Notes: a model not told the origin generated them from the sequence alone. 64,000 nt of DNA from an uncultured Gemmatimonadales bacterium (GCA_963823035.1 CAWGKG010000020.1:96001-160000); one strand, 5' to 3'. Shown: positions 12,174 through 25,106, counted from the stretch's first letter. Program-made: numbers and translations.

Positions 12174-14852
12174 CTACTCCTCTCGCAACGCCCGGGTGGG
12201 CGCGATGCGGGTGGCGCGGAGCGCCGGGAGCCAGCTCGCCAGGCCGCCGACGACCAGAAGGGCCACCGGCAGGAGGACGAAGGTGGACGGGTCGCGCGGC
12301 GCCACGTCGTAGAGCATCGCGCTCACGAGGCGGGTGGCGAACCAGGCACCGAGCAGCCCCGCGGCGATGCCGAGCAGCAGCGGCCGCGCCCCCTCGGCGA
12401 GGATCATGCGCACGACCGACGCCGGGCGCGCGCCGAGCGCGACACGGATGCCGATCTCGCGCGTCCGTCCGGCCACCGAGTAGGAGATGACGCCGTAGAG
12501 GCCCACCGCGGCCAGCACGAGTGCGAGCGCGGCGAAGGCTCCCAGGAGGTTCGTGGTGAGGCGCGGCCGGGCCATCGTGCCGGCGACGGCGTCCTCCATC
12601 GTCTGGAGCCCGGTAGAGGGGAAGGTCCGGGTCGAAGTCGCGGACGGCTTCGCGTACCCCGGCGACCAGGGCCAGCGGGTCACTGCCGGTCCTGACGGCC
12701 AGGCGCAGGGTGCGATGCCAGTAGTAGGCGGATGCGCCCGCCTGCGCCGCGGGGATCCAGGCGAAGGGATAGGGGTCCTCGGCCAGGCTGGTTCGCACCG
12801 GATCGCGCGCCACACCCACGACGGTGATCCAGCGGGTCTCGCCGCCATCGCGGCCATAGCCCCACCGCTTTCCGATCGCGCTCTGGCCCGGCCAGTACGT
12901 GGAGGCCATCGACTCGCTCACGACGCCCACGAAGGGTGCGTCCTCCGTGTCGCCGCGCTCGACACCCCGACCGGCGAGGAGGGGGATGCCCAGCGTCTCG
13001 AAGAAGCCCGGGGTGACGGCCGCGATGCCGGCGTTCCAGGCCCGGTCGCCCTCACCGCGAGGGGGGCGGTCGTCGAGCTGGAAGTCCCACTGCGACCACC
13101 CCCGCCGACGAAGGGAAGGGTGCTGCCGGCGGCGACGGCGCCCACCCCGGGTGCGGCGCCCACGCGCTCGATGAGTGCGTCGAACGCCTGGGGGCATGGT
13201 CTCGTCGTTCGGGATAGGACGGAGGTGGGCAGGGTGATCGAGAAGACCAGGAGGTCGGCGGTGTCGAGACCGCGGTCGGTGCGGTCGAGCGCCACGTAGC
13301 TCTTCACGAGCAGCCCGGCCACCAGGACCACCACGAGGCTGAGCGCCACCTCGCCGGTCACGAGCCCACGGCGGAGCAGGCCGCTCCCGTGCTTGCGCCC
13401 CACCGCGGCCGGAAGAGGCGGTCTGTGACAGAGCGCGCCGGCCGGCCAGCAGGCTGGGCGCGATCCCGAAGAGCGCCGCGGTGAGGAAGGCCACGCCCAC
13501 CGTGAAGAGGAGGACGCCCCGGTCCATTCCCACCAGCGTCGAGGCGCGGCAACGCGGTCGGCGCCATACGCGATCATCGCCTGCGTGCCGACCTGGGCGA
13601 GGATGAGGCCCAGTACCGAGGAGATGCCCGGAGAGCACGAGGCTCTCGGTGAGCAGCTGACGCGTGATGCCGGCTCCGTCCGGCCCCGAGCGCCGTGCGG
13701 ACGGCGACCTCGCCCTGTCGGCGCTCCGCCGCGCGCGAGGAGGAGGTTGGCCACGTTCGCGCACGCGACGAGAAGGACGAGGCCGACCGCGGACAGGAGC
13801 ACGAGGAGCGTGCGGGGGGCGTCGCCGACGGCGGCGTGCATGGCTCCCTCCGCCCAGACGAAGTGTCCCACGTTGTGCTCGTATTCGGCCGCCCAGCGCG
13901 CCTTCGAGCACGGCGAGCTCGGCGTCGGCGTCGGCGAGGGTCTTCCCGGGCGCGAGCCGGCCGATGCCGTAGATCCCGTGTGCCGCACGGCCTCCCTCGT
14001 TGCTGCGGTCCCGCCTCATCGGGCAGCCAGGCCTTCGTGTCTTCCGGGGAAGCCGAAGCCACGCGGCATCACGCCTACGACCTCGGTGGGCACGCCGTTC
14101 ATCTCGATCGTGCGCCCGACCAGCGTGGAGTCGGCGCCGTAGCGGGAGGTCCACAGGTCCCAGCTCAGCATCGTCACGCCCGGCCCGTCCGGGGCGTCCT
14201 CCTCGGGCGTGAAGGCGCGGCCGATCCACGGCCGCACGCCGAGCAGCGGGATGACCTCGTCGCTGACGAACGTCACGGATACGCGCTCGGCATCCAGGCC
14301 GTCGCCGGTGAGGGCGCGCGAGCCGCCGGGCTGATAGGCCCCCACGCGACGGAACGCTTGCGTGGACTCCTGGATGTCGAAGAACTCCGGACCGGAGAGC
14401 GCGAACTTCGGGATGTCGAAGCCCGAGGGTGGGAGATAGCGCGTCCAGAGCATCACGCAGCTCATCGGGCCGCTCGAAGGGGAGTGGGCGGAGAAGCACG
14501 CCGTTCACCACGCTGAACACGGCCGTGCTGGCGCCGATCGCGAGCGCCAGGGTGAGGATCGCCACCGCCGCGAAGGACGGCTCCTGCGGAGCTGCCGGAG
14601 CGCGAAGCCCAGGTCCTGCACCGTCTCCTCCCACCACCGTCTGCGTTCCATCCGCCCGTCCCTCCTCTTCCCCTCGGTGCGCATGCGGGCCTTCACCCGC
14701 TCGACGTCACCCAGGCGACGCATCGCTTCGGCTCGGGCCTCCTCCTCGCCCATCCCCTCCGCCACCAGCTCCCGCACGCGCATCTCGAGATGGAAGGCGA
14801 TCTCCTCCTCGACCTCGCGCTCGACGGGCGGGCGCCGCAGCCGGTCGTCCAT
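12174..14852 (-). CDS. ADOP-type duplicated ABC permease #3 (multiple frameshifts)
   Basis: Fragments [68 protein letters not shown] across several frames. Confidence 0.85.
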
Positions 14853-14860
14853 GCCCAGCC

Positions 14861-15195
14861 TCAGCTCGGCTTCAGCACCGACGTCACGGCGGTGCTGAAG
14901 CGCATCCACTCGGCGGTCTCCGCCTGGAGTGCGCGCGGCCCTGCGCCGTCAGGTGGTAGAACTTCGCGCGACGCTCCAGCTCGGAGACGCCCCACGCGGC
15001 GCGCAGCATCCCCTTCTTCTCGAGGCGGTAGAGCGCCGGGTAGAGCGAGCCCTCCTCGACGGCGATGGCCTCACCGGTGCGCTCCTCGATCCAGCGGGCG
15101 ATGGCGTAGCCGTGGCGCGGCCCGTGGGAGAGCGTCTTGAGGATGAGCGTGTCGAGCGTCCCGTGCAGAAGCTTCTGGCGAACCTTCGTTCCCAC
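14861..15195 (-). CDS. PadR family regulator #3 (acidobacterial type; frameshift near 14930)
   Basis: LLHGTLDTLILKTL, HGYAIA, EEGSLYPALYRLE, RAKFYHLT; GAGGAG RBS before GTG 15195. Confidence 0.88.
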
Positions 15196-15217
15196 GGACG
15201 GCTCCTCGACGCCGAAG

Positions 15218-15274
15218 GCCTGGATCTCTGGGCAACGAGAGGATAGCCCTCCGTTGCCTAGAGAGTCAAGGCAA
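15218..15274 (-). promoter_or_regulatory. padR#3 promoter/operator
   Basis: TTGCCT-N9-AGGCAA palindrome (15254-15274) plus a degenerate copy (15218-15235); minus-strand TTGACT-18-TATCCT. Confidence 0.6.
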
Positions 15275-15280
15275 TCGTCA

Positions 15281-17958
15281 TCAGTCGCTCCGGAGCGCGG
15301 TCGCGGGAGGGATGCGCGACGCCCGCCGCGCGGGGAGGAACGTCGCCGCGAGCACCACCGCCGCCAGGATCGCGGTGACCGCCACGATCGTGACCGGGTC
15401 CTGCGGCTCGATGCCGTAGAGGAGGCTGTCGCATGCGCGCGAGCGCCCAGGAGCGCGGCCACCAGCCCGCCCGCAACACCGAGGGCGGCGGGCACGACGC
15501 CGTCCAGCAGCGCCATGCGCACGACCGCGCCGCCGCGGGCGCCGAGCGCCACGCGGATGCCGATCTCGCGCGTGCGGCGGCTCACCGAGTAGGCGACCAC
15601 GCCGTAGAGGCCGATCGCCGCGAGGATGAGGGCGAGCACCGAGAAGGAGCCGATCAGGGTGAGGTAGAAGCGCGTGGGTGCGGCCTGGCGCGCGACGGCG
15701 TCTTCGATGCGCTCGACGTTGGTGATGGCGAGCGTCGGGGTCCATCTCCTTCAGGACGGCACGCGCGGCCGGGAGCGCGGTGCGTGCGCCCGGGCGCGAG
15801 CTTCATCGTCACGTACATCACCTCGATCCCGAACTGGGCGTTCGGGACGTAGGCCGTGGGGTCGTCCGGCTCGGTGGCGCTGTGCGAGCGCGCGTTGCCC
15901 ACCACGCCCACGATCGTGCGCTCGGGGTCGTCGTCGAAGCCGATGGCGATGTCGATCTTGATGCGTCGCCCGAGGGGGTCGACGTCGGGATAGTAGCGGT
16001 CGGCGGCCGCCTGGTTGATGACGGCCACGCCCTCGGCGTCCCGGCGGTCGGCGTCCTCGAACCATCGCCCACGCACGAGCGGGAGGCCGATCGCCTCGCG
16101 GTAGCCCGGGCGTCGCGGGACGCACCGCGAGGTCCGGAAGGTCGGCCGGGGCCACCGGCGGACGGTCCAGCAGCGCGGTGGTCGGCGTCGAAGCTTCCGG
16201 CACCCAGAGGCACGCCGAACGCCCGAGCCCGCGCGCGTCCACCTCGGGCAGCGCGGCGACGCGCTGCTCGAGCTCGTCGAAGAAGCGGATCGCGGCGTCG
16301 GACGTCGTAGCGGGTCTCCGGCAGCGAGACGCGGAAGCGCTCGACGCGCTCGGTGGAGAAGCCGAGGTCCTGCGTGGCGATGCTCCGCAGCGTGCCGAAC
16401 ATGAGCCCCGCGCCCAGGAGGAGCATCAGGGAGAGCGCGACCTCGGCGGAGAGGAGGAAGGAGCGGGACAGCCCGGAGCGCCGGCCGCCCGCGGTGCGCC
16501 GGTTGCTGCCCATCGCCTCGCTCAGAGGGACGGCGTGCGAGCCGGAGCGCCGGGACGAGGCCGAAGAACGCGGTGACCGCGAGGACGACGAGGAGCGCGA
16601 AGCCGAGCGACCCTCGCGTCGACGCCGACCGCGTCCAGGCGCGGGATGCCCGCCGGCGCGGCGGCCACCATCAGCGAGACGCCCCACGCGGCGAGCCCGA
16701 CGCCGAGCACGCCGCCGACCGACCGAGAGGAGGAGGCTCTCGGTGAGGAGCTGGCGGACGATGCGCACGCGCGGAGCGCCGAGCGTGGCGCGCAGCGCGA
16801 CCTCGCCGACGCGCTCGGAGGCGCGCACGAGGAGGAGGTTGGCCACGTTCGCGCAGGCGATCAGGAGCACCATCGTCACCGAGCCCATCAGCACCCAGAG
16901 GGCGGTCCGCACGTCGGCGACCTGCGTGTCCAGCAGCGGCTCGAAGCGGGTTACGACGTCGCGATGCGAGTCGGGGAACGCCTCGGAGAGCTGGGCGGAC
17001 GCCGCGTCCATGCGGGTCGCGACCTGCTCCAGGCGTGGCGCCGGCCTCGATGCGTCGCGATCGCCGCGCATGATGCGGCAGCCGTGCCCGCATGTCCGCG
17101 GGTCGCTGTTGGCGCGGCATCCACATGTCGACGCCGTCCGGGATAGTCGAAGCCCTCCGGCGCGACGCCCACGATCTCCCACCGCTCGCCGCCGAGCGTC
17201 AGCGTCCGGCCGATCGCCGCCGCGTCCCCCGAGAGCGGGCTCTGCCAGAAGGCGTACGAGACGACAGCGACGTTCGGGCCCGCCCGCGCACGTCGTCCTC
17301 CGCGGTGACGTCCCGCCCGAGCGCCGGCTCGAGACCGAAGACCGCCAGGAGACCGTTCGTGACGCCGGCGCCGATCACCACCTCGGGCTCGCCCATGCCC
17401 GTGAGCGTGGGCCGGCTGGTCGCGTAGCCGGCCACCTGCAGCCCGGGCACCTCCTCCTGCCAGTAGCGCACGTCCGGGTGGTCGATGCCCCGCGAGCGGC
17501 TCCGTCCCGGGTGTCCACCTGCTGGAGCACCACGAGCCGGTCGGGCTGCGGGTAGGGGAGCGGCTCGAGCAGCACCCCGTTCACCACGCTGAAGATCGCC
17601 ACCACCGCGCCGATGCCGAGCGCGAGCGTGCCGACCGCGGCCGCCGCGAAGCCCGGCCGCCGCAGCAGGCTACGCGCTCCGAACCTCAGATCCTGGATCC
17701 ACCCGTCCATGCTCGTCCCCTCCCGTAGGATCGTTCCCCGCTTCTGTCGAGCGCCACGCGCGCCCCACTCCCGTGCCGCGTGCACCAGCGCGTCCATCGT
17801 CGCCTCGGCGCGCAGGCGCAGCTCGGCGCCTCGCCGTCCGCGCACCTCCGCGCACCGGTCCGCGTAGAGGCGGACCATCTCCTCCCCGTAGTCGCTCGCG
17901 GAACGCGCGAGGGAAGAGGCGGAGCAGCCTCCGGTAGAAGCGGGCGTCGGACGGTCAT
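15281..17958 (-). CDS. ADOP-type duplicated ABC permease #4 (multiple frameshifts)
   Basis: [56 protein letters not shown] in successive frames. Confidence 0.85.
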
Positions 17959-17961
17959 GCG

Positions 17962-18306
17962 TCAGCCCAGCAGGTCGCGCGCGCCGGCCAGCAGCCCCTC
18001 CAGGCGCAGCGCCTCGGCGCGCGCCACGGCTTCACCCAGCCGGCTGATGCGGAAGTAGCGGCGGCGCTCGTCCTCGCCCTCGCCCAGCCCCTCCGTCTCC
18101 TCGATCAGCCCCTGCTCGGAGAGCGTGCGGATGCGCCGATAGAGGTTGGCGGGGAGCACGCGGCCCGGCCGGCCGGGATCACGCTCCAGCTCCTTCACGA
18201 TGGCGTAGCCGTGCAGCTCCCGGCCGCGCAGGACCAGGAGGATGCGGAAGGCCTCCGGATGGAGGGGAAGGTGGCGCTCGACGTCGACGTGCGGGTCGGG
18301 GCTCAT
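17962..18306 (-). CDS. PadR family transcriptional regulator #4
   Basis: [36 protein letters not shown]. Confidence 0.9.
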   Translation of the reverse strand: MSPDPHVDVERHLPLHPEAFRILLVLRGRELHGYAIVKELERDPGRPGRVLPANLYRRIRTLSEQGLIEETEGLGEGEDERRRYFRISRLGEAVARAEALRLEGLLAGARDLLG

Positions 18307-18356
18307 GCCGGCTCCGGTGGGAGTGGGGTACGCCCCGGCGGCGAGCCGGGCGCATG

Positions 18357-18412
18357 GTGTCGGTCTGACACTAATGTCGATCCGACACTAATCGCCGAGC
18401 GGCCCGGGTCAA
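18357..18412 (-). promoter_or_regulatory. padR#4 promoter with tandem operator
   Basis: 17-bp direct repeat TGTCGGTCTGACACTAA / TGTCGATCCGACACTAA (each TGTCG-N3-YGACA); minus-strand TTGACC-16-TAGTGT overlaps it. Confidence 0.7.
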
Positions 18413-18430
18413 CTCCGGGGCCGCGGCGGC

Positions 18431-21400
18431 TCAGGTCGCGTCGGCTCCGTCCTCGGCCAACACGCGGTCGAGCGTCTCCACGAGGCGGGTGGCGTCGGCG
18501 CGCGAGAAGGGAAGGGGCGGCTTGATCTTCACGACGTTGTCGTCGGGACCGTCGGTGGAGAGGAGGATGCCGTGGTCCTTCATCCGACCCACGACGTAGC
18601 GGGCGATCCCCGCGGCCGGCGTGCGCGCGTCCGGATCGGAGACCATCTCGACGCCGAGGAAGAGGCCGCGCCCGCGCACGTCGCCCACGGCCGCGGTGGC
18701 GCTCGGCCACGGTGCCGAGGGCGCGCAGGAGCGGGTGCCCACGTCGAGCGCGTGCGCCTGGAGCTCCTCGTCGCGCAGCACGTCGAGGACCGCGAGGCCG
18801 ATGGCCGCGGAGACCGGATTGCCCCCGAAGGTCGAGAAGAACTCCATCCCGTTGGCGAAGCGCTCGCGCGACCTCGCGCGACGTGACCACCGCGCCCATC
18901 GGGTGGCCGTTTCCGATGGGCTTGCCCAGCGTGACGATGTCGGGGACGACGCCCTGCGTCTCGAAGCCCCACATGTGCGATGCCGACGCGCCCGAAGCCC
19001 ACCTGCACCTCGTCGGCGATGCACAGCGCTCCCGCGGAGCGCGCGTGCGCGTAGGCCGCGGCCAGGTAGCCCGGCGGGAGCTCGACCTGGCCGCCGCACG
19101 AGAGGAGCGGCTCGCACAGGAAGGCCGCCGGCGCGAAGCCCGCCGCCGCGAGGTCGGCGAAGGCGCTCGCCGACGTGCGCCGCGTACTTCGCGGCGCGCT
19201 CCGGGTCGTCCCGGCGATGGAGCCCGCGGTAGTCCTCGGGCATCGCGGCCGCGCGCACCTGATCGGGCGGGCCCGGATCCCCCCTTCCGCGCGAACTTGT
19301 AGTGGCTGACGTCGATCGCGCCCCTGCGTGTTGCCGTGGTAGGCGCCCTCGAGCGCCACCACGCCCCGCCCGCCGGTGCAGGTGCGCGCGATGCGCAGCG
19401 CGAGCTCGTTCGCCTCGCTCCCGGAGTTCACGAAGAAGCAGACGGACAGCGGGTCGGGGAAGAGCGCGCCCAGCCGCTCGGCGTAGTCGAGCACGGTCTC
19501 GTGCAGGTAGCGCGTGTTGGTGTTGAGCACGGCCATCTGGCGGCGGCCCGCCTCGACCACGCGCGGGTGCTCGTGGCCGACGTGCGCGACGTTGTTCACG
19601 CCGTCCAGGTAGGCGCGGCCCCATGACGTCGTAGAGGTGGGTGCCCATCCCACGCACCACGTGGATCGGCTCCCGGTAGGACAGGCTCAGGCTGGGCGCG
19701 AGCAGACGGGCCCGGCGCTCTGTCGAGGTCCGCCGGCGGCGTCCAGGTCGTGTCGTGCGGGAGTCGGAGGAGGAGGTTCGGGTCCGGCGAGAAGGCCGCC
19801 CACACCTCGAGCTCCCGGGGCGCGGCCACGCCCGGGAAGTCGTGCTCGAAGCCGAGGAGGTCGGTCACGATCTGGAAGTGCAGGTGCGGCGGCCAGTCGC
19901 CGTTCTCGGGGTACGGACCGATCCGCGCGAACGCCGTGCCGGCCGCCACGCGGTCGCCCGCGGCCAGCTCCGCGACGGAGCTGCGCTCCAGGTGACCGTA
20001 CAGCGTCCAGAAGGGGCCGTCCGGACCCTCGTGCTCGAGGATCACGGTGGGCCCGTAGTCGAGGCGGCCGGCGTTCTCGTGCACGCTGCGGACCCTCGCG
20101 TCGAGCGGCGCGCGCACCCACGAGCCCGCGGGCGCGAAGAGGTCGATGCCCAGGTGCACGGTACGGCGCTCGGGCATCTCCGCCGGCCGCCCCGCGAAGG
20201 CGTCGGTCAGGTAGAAGCCGCGCGGCTCGCGGTAGCGGCCGACGCCGAGGCTCGCGCCGCGCCGCGTCATCTCCTCGAAGACCCGGCGGCTGAAGGCGTG
20301 GGTGTCGTCGGTGTCGCGTCCGGTGAGGAGCGTGCTTCCGACGCTCAGGTCGAGCACCGCGATGCGGGCCGGGTCCGTGGGCACGTCCATCACGGACTCG
20401 ACGCGCTGATCGGGAAGCCACGCGCCGAGGGCGTGCGCCCGCGGCGACGGGTCGAGGCCGCACGCGGTGCGCAGGACCGCGGCCGCGAGCCGCGGATGGA
20501 CGCCGGCCGTGGCCTCGAGGAGCCGCCACGCGGGGGCCTCGGACACGATGAGGTACGCGTCGGGCTCCGAGGCCCCGCTCCGGCGCGACGCCGAGATCGT
20601 CACGGACGCGCCGAGGCGGGCCCGCACGAGCGGGAAGAGCGCGTCCAGCTCGGCGGCCGGTAGCGGCCGCGCGGCGTGGTAGCCGGCCGCCACGCGTGCC
20701 GCTGCGGCGAGCGGATCGGGTGCGTCGAGGATCGCGTACGCGACCGCGATCGCCAGATCGAACACCGGCGGAGCGACGTGGGCGTCTCCGAAATCGAGGA
20801 TGCCCGAGACACGTCCACCCTCGTCCACGAGGAGGTTGTGGTCGTTCAGGTCGCCGTGCACGAGCCGCGCGGGCGACCCGGCGAGCGCGCCCCGGGCCGC
20901 ACGGAAGTCGGCGAGCACGCCGGCCAGGAGCGCGCGGCGGTCCGGCTCGTGCAGCGTGAGCCCCGACTCCATGACGGCGGCGGCGTTCGCCAGCGACCAG
21001 ACGAAGTCGTCCCGCGGCGGCGGCTCCTCCGGGTAGTCCGCGAGGCGCAGCGGCGAGGGCGGCGGTGCGCCGCCCGACGTCCTCGAGGGTGGCCGCGAAG
21101 CGCGGCCGCACGTCGGCGAGCACGCGGCCGGGGAGGTACTGGAGGACGCGGATCCGCCAGAGGGGGCCGCCGTCGGACGGCCAGTGGAGGATCGACTTCC
21201 CACCCACGGTCGCGCGGAGGGCGGGGACGGGAAGGCCGTCGGCGCCGCGCCAGCCAGCCGAGCAGCCGCGACTCGAACTCCAGTTGGGCCTCGGGGCTCC
21301 TCGGGCGACGATACCTTCGCGACCCACCGCTCGCCGTACTCCGTCTCGAGAAGGAAGTTCGCGTCCCGCTCGCCGGGGAGGGCGACGAAGCGCGCCCTGG

Positions 21401-21474
21401 AGGCCGAAGCCTCGCTCCACGGCCTCCGCCACGGTGGCGGCATCGATGTCGGGTCGCTGCTGCGTGCGGATCAT
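18431..21474 (-). CDS. Fusion of APH/hydroxylysine-kinase-like phosphotransferase, M23 peptidase-like domain and class III aminotransferase/phospho-lyase (several frameshifts)
   Basis: [23 protein letters not shown] (kinase); HLGIDLF, YGHL, PHLHFQ (M23); [40 protein letters not shown] (AT-III). Confidence 0.88.
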
Positions 21475-21568
21475 CGCCTCGGTCGCTAATCTGGTGGGCC
21501 GTAAAATGCCTGGGGCGCCCTTCGCGGAGCCAGCCCGAGGCCGAGGAACCCGTGATGGAGCCCCTCCC

Positions 21569-22339
21569 ATGTATCGATTCGTCGTCCGCCGCCTTCGCCC
21601 TTCCTCGCTGCTCCTCCCGCTCGTTGCCGGGCTCACGATGCTGCCGGCGACGCGCGTCGCGGCGCAGATCCCCGACGAGTACACGAACCTCGAGGTCCTG
21701 CCGAAGGACATCACCCGCGAGCGACTCACCGGCGTCATGCGCGGCTTCACCGAAGCGCTGGGCGTGCGTTGCTCCACCTGCCACGTTGGCGAGGAGGGGC
21801 TCCCGCTCGCCACCTACGACTTCGCCTCCGACGACAAGCCGGCCAAGCTCAAGGCGCGCGAGATGCTCAAGATGGTGCGGGCCATCAACGCGGACTACCT
21901 GGCCAACCTCCCGCAGCGCCGCGAGCCCAACGTGGCCGTGACGTGCTCCACCTGCCACCGCGGCGTGTCCCGGCCGGAGCCCATCGAGTCGATCGTCGAG
22001 AACACGATGAAGGGCGAGGACCTGGACTTCGCGCTCCAGAAGTACCGCGAGCTCCGGGACAAGTACTACGGCTCCGCGGCGTACGACTTCACGGACGGGC
22101 CGCTGGCGCGTCTGGGTCAGCGGCTCGCGGCGGACGACGCGGCGGCGGCGAAGAAGATCCTGGAGGTGAACCTCGAGTTCAATCCCGAGTCCGCGGCGAG
22201 CCTCGATGTCCTGGGCGGCATCGCCGAGCGCGAGGGCGACAACGCCGCGGCGATCGGCTACTACAAGAAGGCGCTGGCGATCAACCCGGAGGACCGCCGG
22301 GCGCAGCAGCGCCTGAACGCGCTCGGCGGCGGCGCATAG
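21569..22339 (+). CDS. Exported dihaem c-type cytochrome (reaction-centre cytochrome c-like domain) with C-terminal TPR
   Basis: Signal peptide; NLEVLP; two CxxCH motifs (CSTCH twice); TPR-like AIGYYKKALAINP. Confidence 0.85.
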   Translation: MYRFVVRRLRPSSLLLPLVAGLTMLPATRVAAQIPDEYTNLEVLPKDITRERLTGVMRGFTEALGVRCSTCHVGEEGLPLATYDFASDDKPAKLKAREMLKMVRAINADYLANLPQRREPNVAVTCSTCHRGVSRPEPIESIVENTMKGEDLDFALQKYRELRDKYYGSAAYDFTDGPLARLGQRLAADDAAAAKKILEVNLEFNPESAASLDVLGGIAEREGDNAAAIGYYKKALAINPEDRRAQQRLNALGGGA

Positions 22340-22367
22340 GCCGCCGCCGAGCGGAGCGCCCTTCGCG

Positions 22368-25105
22368 TCACTCGGACTGGAGCGCCTCCCGCGGATCCAC
22401 GCGGGTGGCCCGCCAGGCCGGCAGCGAGCCCGCGAACCCGGCCGTGACGAGGAGCACCGTGGCCACGGCGACGTAGACGGCCGGGTCGCGCGCGGGCTCG
22501 TGGAAGAGGAGCGGCTCCACGAAGCCCGCCCCGGCGGCGGCCGCCGCGAGCCCCAGGAGCGTGCCCAGGGCGACGAGTCCGAGCGCACGCCCGAGCACGT
22601 CCGCCACCAGGCGCGCGCGTCCCGCCCCGAGCGCCGAGCGGATGCCGAACTCCCGCTTGAGGAGCACGACCTCGAAGGCGAGCACGCTGTAGAGCCCCCA
22701 CGCCGCCACGACCAGCGCGAGCAGGCCGAAGACCGAGAACATCGAGGCTCCCAGCTTCCACGAGCGGAGCTGGGGGTCGACGTTGTCCTGGAGCGAGCGG
22801 GCGGAGAGGAAGCGGATCCGGCTCGTGCGCCAGCGTGGCCAGCTCCGCGCGCAGGGAGCGCATCGCATCCTCGCGCGCGTCGCCCGTCGTTCCGGCCATG
22901 ATGCCCTGCGGGGGTCCGCTGGAACGCCGGCTGGGACTCGTTGACGTAGTAGAGCCAATGCGGCACCGACTCCTCGAGCTCCTCGCGTCGATGGTCCTCG
23001 ACGATGCCGACCACCGTCGTGCACGGCGGGTCGGCCACGTCCTCCTCGAAGTACATGCACGACCCGAGCGCGTCGCCCGTCGGCCAGATACCGACCGCCA
23101 TCGATCGGCTCACCACGGCTACGGGAGGTGCGGTCTCCGCGTCGTCCGACGCCTCGAAGGCGCGCCCCTCGACGATGTCCAGCCCCATCGCCTGGAAGAA
23201 GCCCGAGGAGACCTTGTTGGCGTAGGGCCCGCCGGACGGCGGCAGCCGCATGGAGTCGACGCCGGGCACGCGGGGACGCCCGATGGAGACGCTGGACTGG
23301 AAGGGCACGGTGTACGTGAGCCCGGCCGCGCGGACGCCCTGGAGCGCGGCGCACGCGCTCCAGCGCCCTCCTTGTAGATCGCGGTCCGCTCCGGCGCGGG
23401 TAGCGCCTCGTTCCATTCGAAGCGCAGCACCGCGACGCGCGAGGGATCCCAGCCGAGGTCCAGCGTGCGCGCGCGGCCCAGGCTGCGCACGAAGAGCCCC
23501 GCGCCCACCAGGAGCACCACGGAGAGGGCCGCCTGGGCGACGAGGAGCGTCGACGCGCGTCCGCGACCGCGCCGCGCCCGCTGCCGGGCCCCCCGCTCTT
23601 CAGCACGGCGGCCACGTCGGCGCGCCCGGCGTGCAGCGCGGGCACGAGGCCCGCGAAGAGCGCCGTGAGCACCGTCGCGATCGCGAGGAACGCGAGCAGG
23701 CGCGGGCCGGGTCCGCGCTGCCGGTGAACGCCACGTCCGGGAGGAGGACACGGTACAGCGCGCGGCCGCCCGCCTGCGCCACCACGAGCGCGGCAGCCGC
23801 CCCGAAGACCGCGAGGACGAGGCTCTCCGTGAGCAGCTCCGCCGAGGAGCCGCGCGCGGCTCACGCCCAGCGCGACCCGCACCGCGATCTCGCGCCTCGC
23901 GCGTGCGGCGCGCGCCAGCAGGAGGTTCGCCACGTTGAAGCAGGCGATGAGGAGCACGATCGCCGACACCGCCGCGAGCCAGCGCGCCACGCGGGACTCC
24001 GCCGAGGGGTCGGGGCCCTGAGCGGCGATGATCGGCGCGACCAGGATTTCGGCGTCCTCCGAGTAGCTGGCCCTGGGCGATGAGCTCCTGGCGTCCCGCG
24101 CGGTGGGCGGCGGTCGCCTCCGCCTGCGCAGCCTCCGCGGACGCGCCGGGCGCGAGGCGGGCGACGGTGTGCAGCCACCACCAGTTCCGCTCGTTGCGCC
24201 ACTGCGTTCCGCCTGTCTCGATCTCCTCGGCGCGCTCGAGGGGGAGCCAGAGGTCCACGCGGGAGAGCGTGGGCCCGGTGAACCCTTCGGGGGCGACGCC
24301 GATGACCGTGTAGCGGCCCTGGCCCACGTCGACGGCCCGGCCGAGCACGCCCGGGTCCTTCCCGTACTGCGTCTCCCAGAACTCCCAGGAGAGCACGGCC
24401 ACCTCGTTCGCGCCGGGTGCGTCCTCCTCGGCCGTGTAGAAGCGGCCGAGCGCCGGTGCGCACGCCCAGGAGGGGGAAGAGCGACGCGGACGCCATCTGG
24501 ACGGTCACCTCGCGTGCCTCCTGGCCGCGCCCGAACATGGCGCGGTCCTCGCTGTAGGCCGCGACCTCCGCGAAGCCGGAGACGTGCCGGAAGTCGTCGT
24601 AGTCCGGGTACGTCAGCGTGCGCCCCGTCTCGACGTTCCCCGAGCCCAGGTAGGTGCGCCGCAGGTACAGGAGCCGGACGTCCCGGGCGTCCACGACGTG
24701 CGCGGGCGGGCTCAGGAGGAGCCGGTCCACCACCTCGAACATCACCGCGTTCGCCCCGAGCCCCAGCGCCAGGATCGTGATCACGGCGAAGGAGAAGCCA
24801 GGTGCGCGGCGGATGCCGCGCAGCGCCATCGTCACGCTCTTCCACATCGTGTCCATCGTCGCGCTCCTCGTCCTCTGCCTCACCACCCTGTCGTCGATGT
24901 GCTCCAGCGCCCTCCGGTAGGCCGCCATGTCGCCGAAGCGGGCGCGCGCCAGGCGTCGCGCCTCCGCGGGATCGACGCCCGCCGCGACCAGCTCCTCCAT
25001 CACCCGCTCCACGTGGTAGCGGAGCTCCTCGTCCACGTCGCTGCGCACGTCCGGTCGGAGATCGCCCAATCGGAACAGGCGCCGGATCCCCTCGGGCAGC
25101 CTCAC
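22368..25105 (-). CDS. ADOP-type duplicated ABC permease #5 (multiple frameshifts)
   Basis: [64 protein letters not shown]. Confidence 0.85.
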
Positions 25106-25106
25106 G

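Noticed and set aside
18358..18391. 17-bp direct repeat as a CRISPR remnant or insertion target duplication
   Set aside because: Only two adjacent copies, no spacers, cas genes or transposase. Better explained as a tandem operator.
21569..22339. Evidence of phototrophy (pufC)
   Set aside because: Only two haem motifs, a TPR tail, and no photosynthesis genes nearby.
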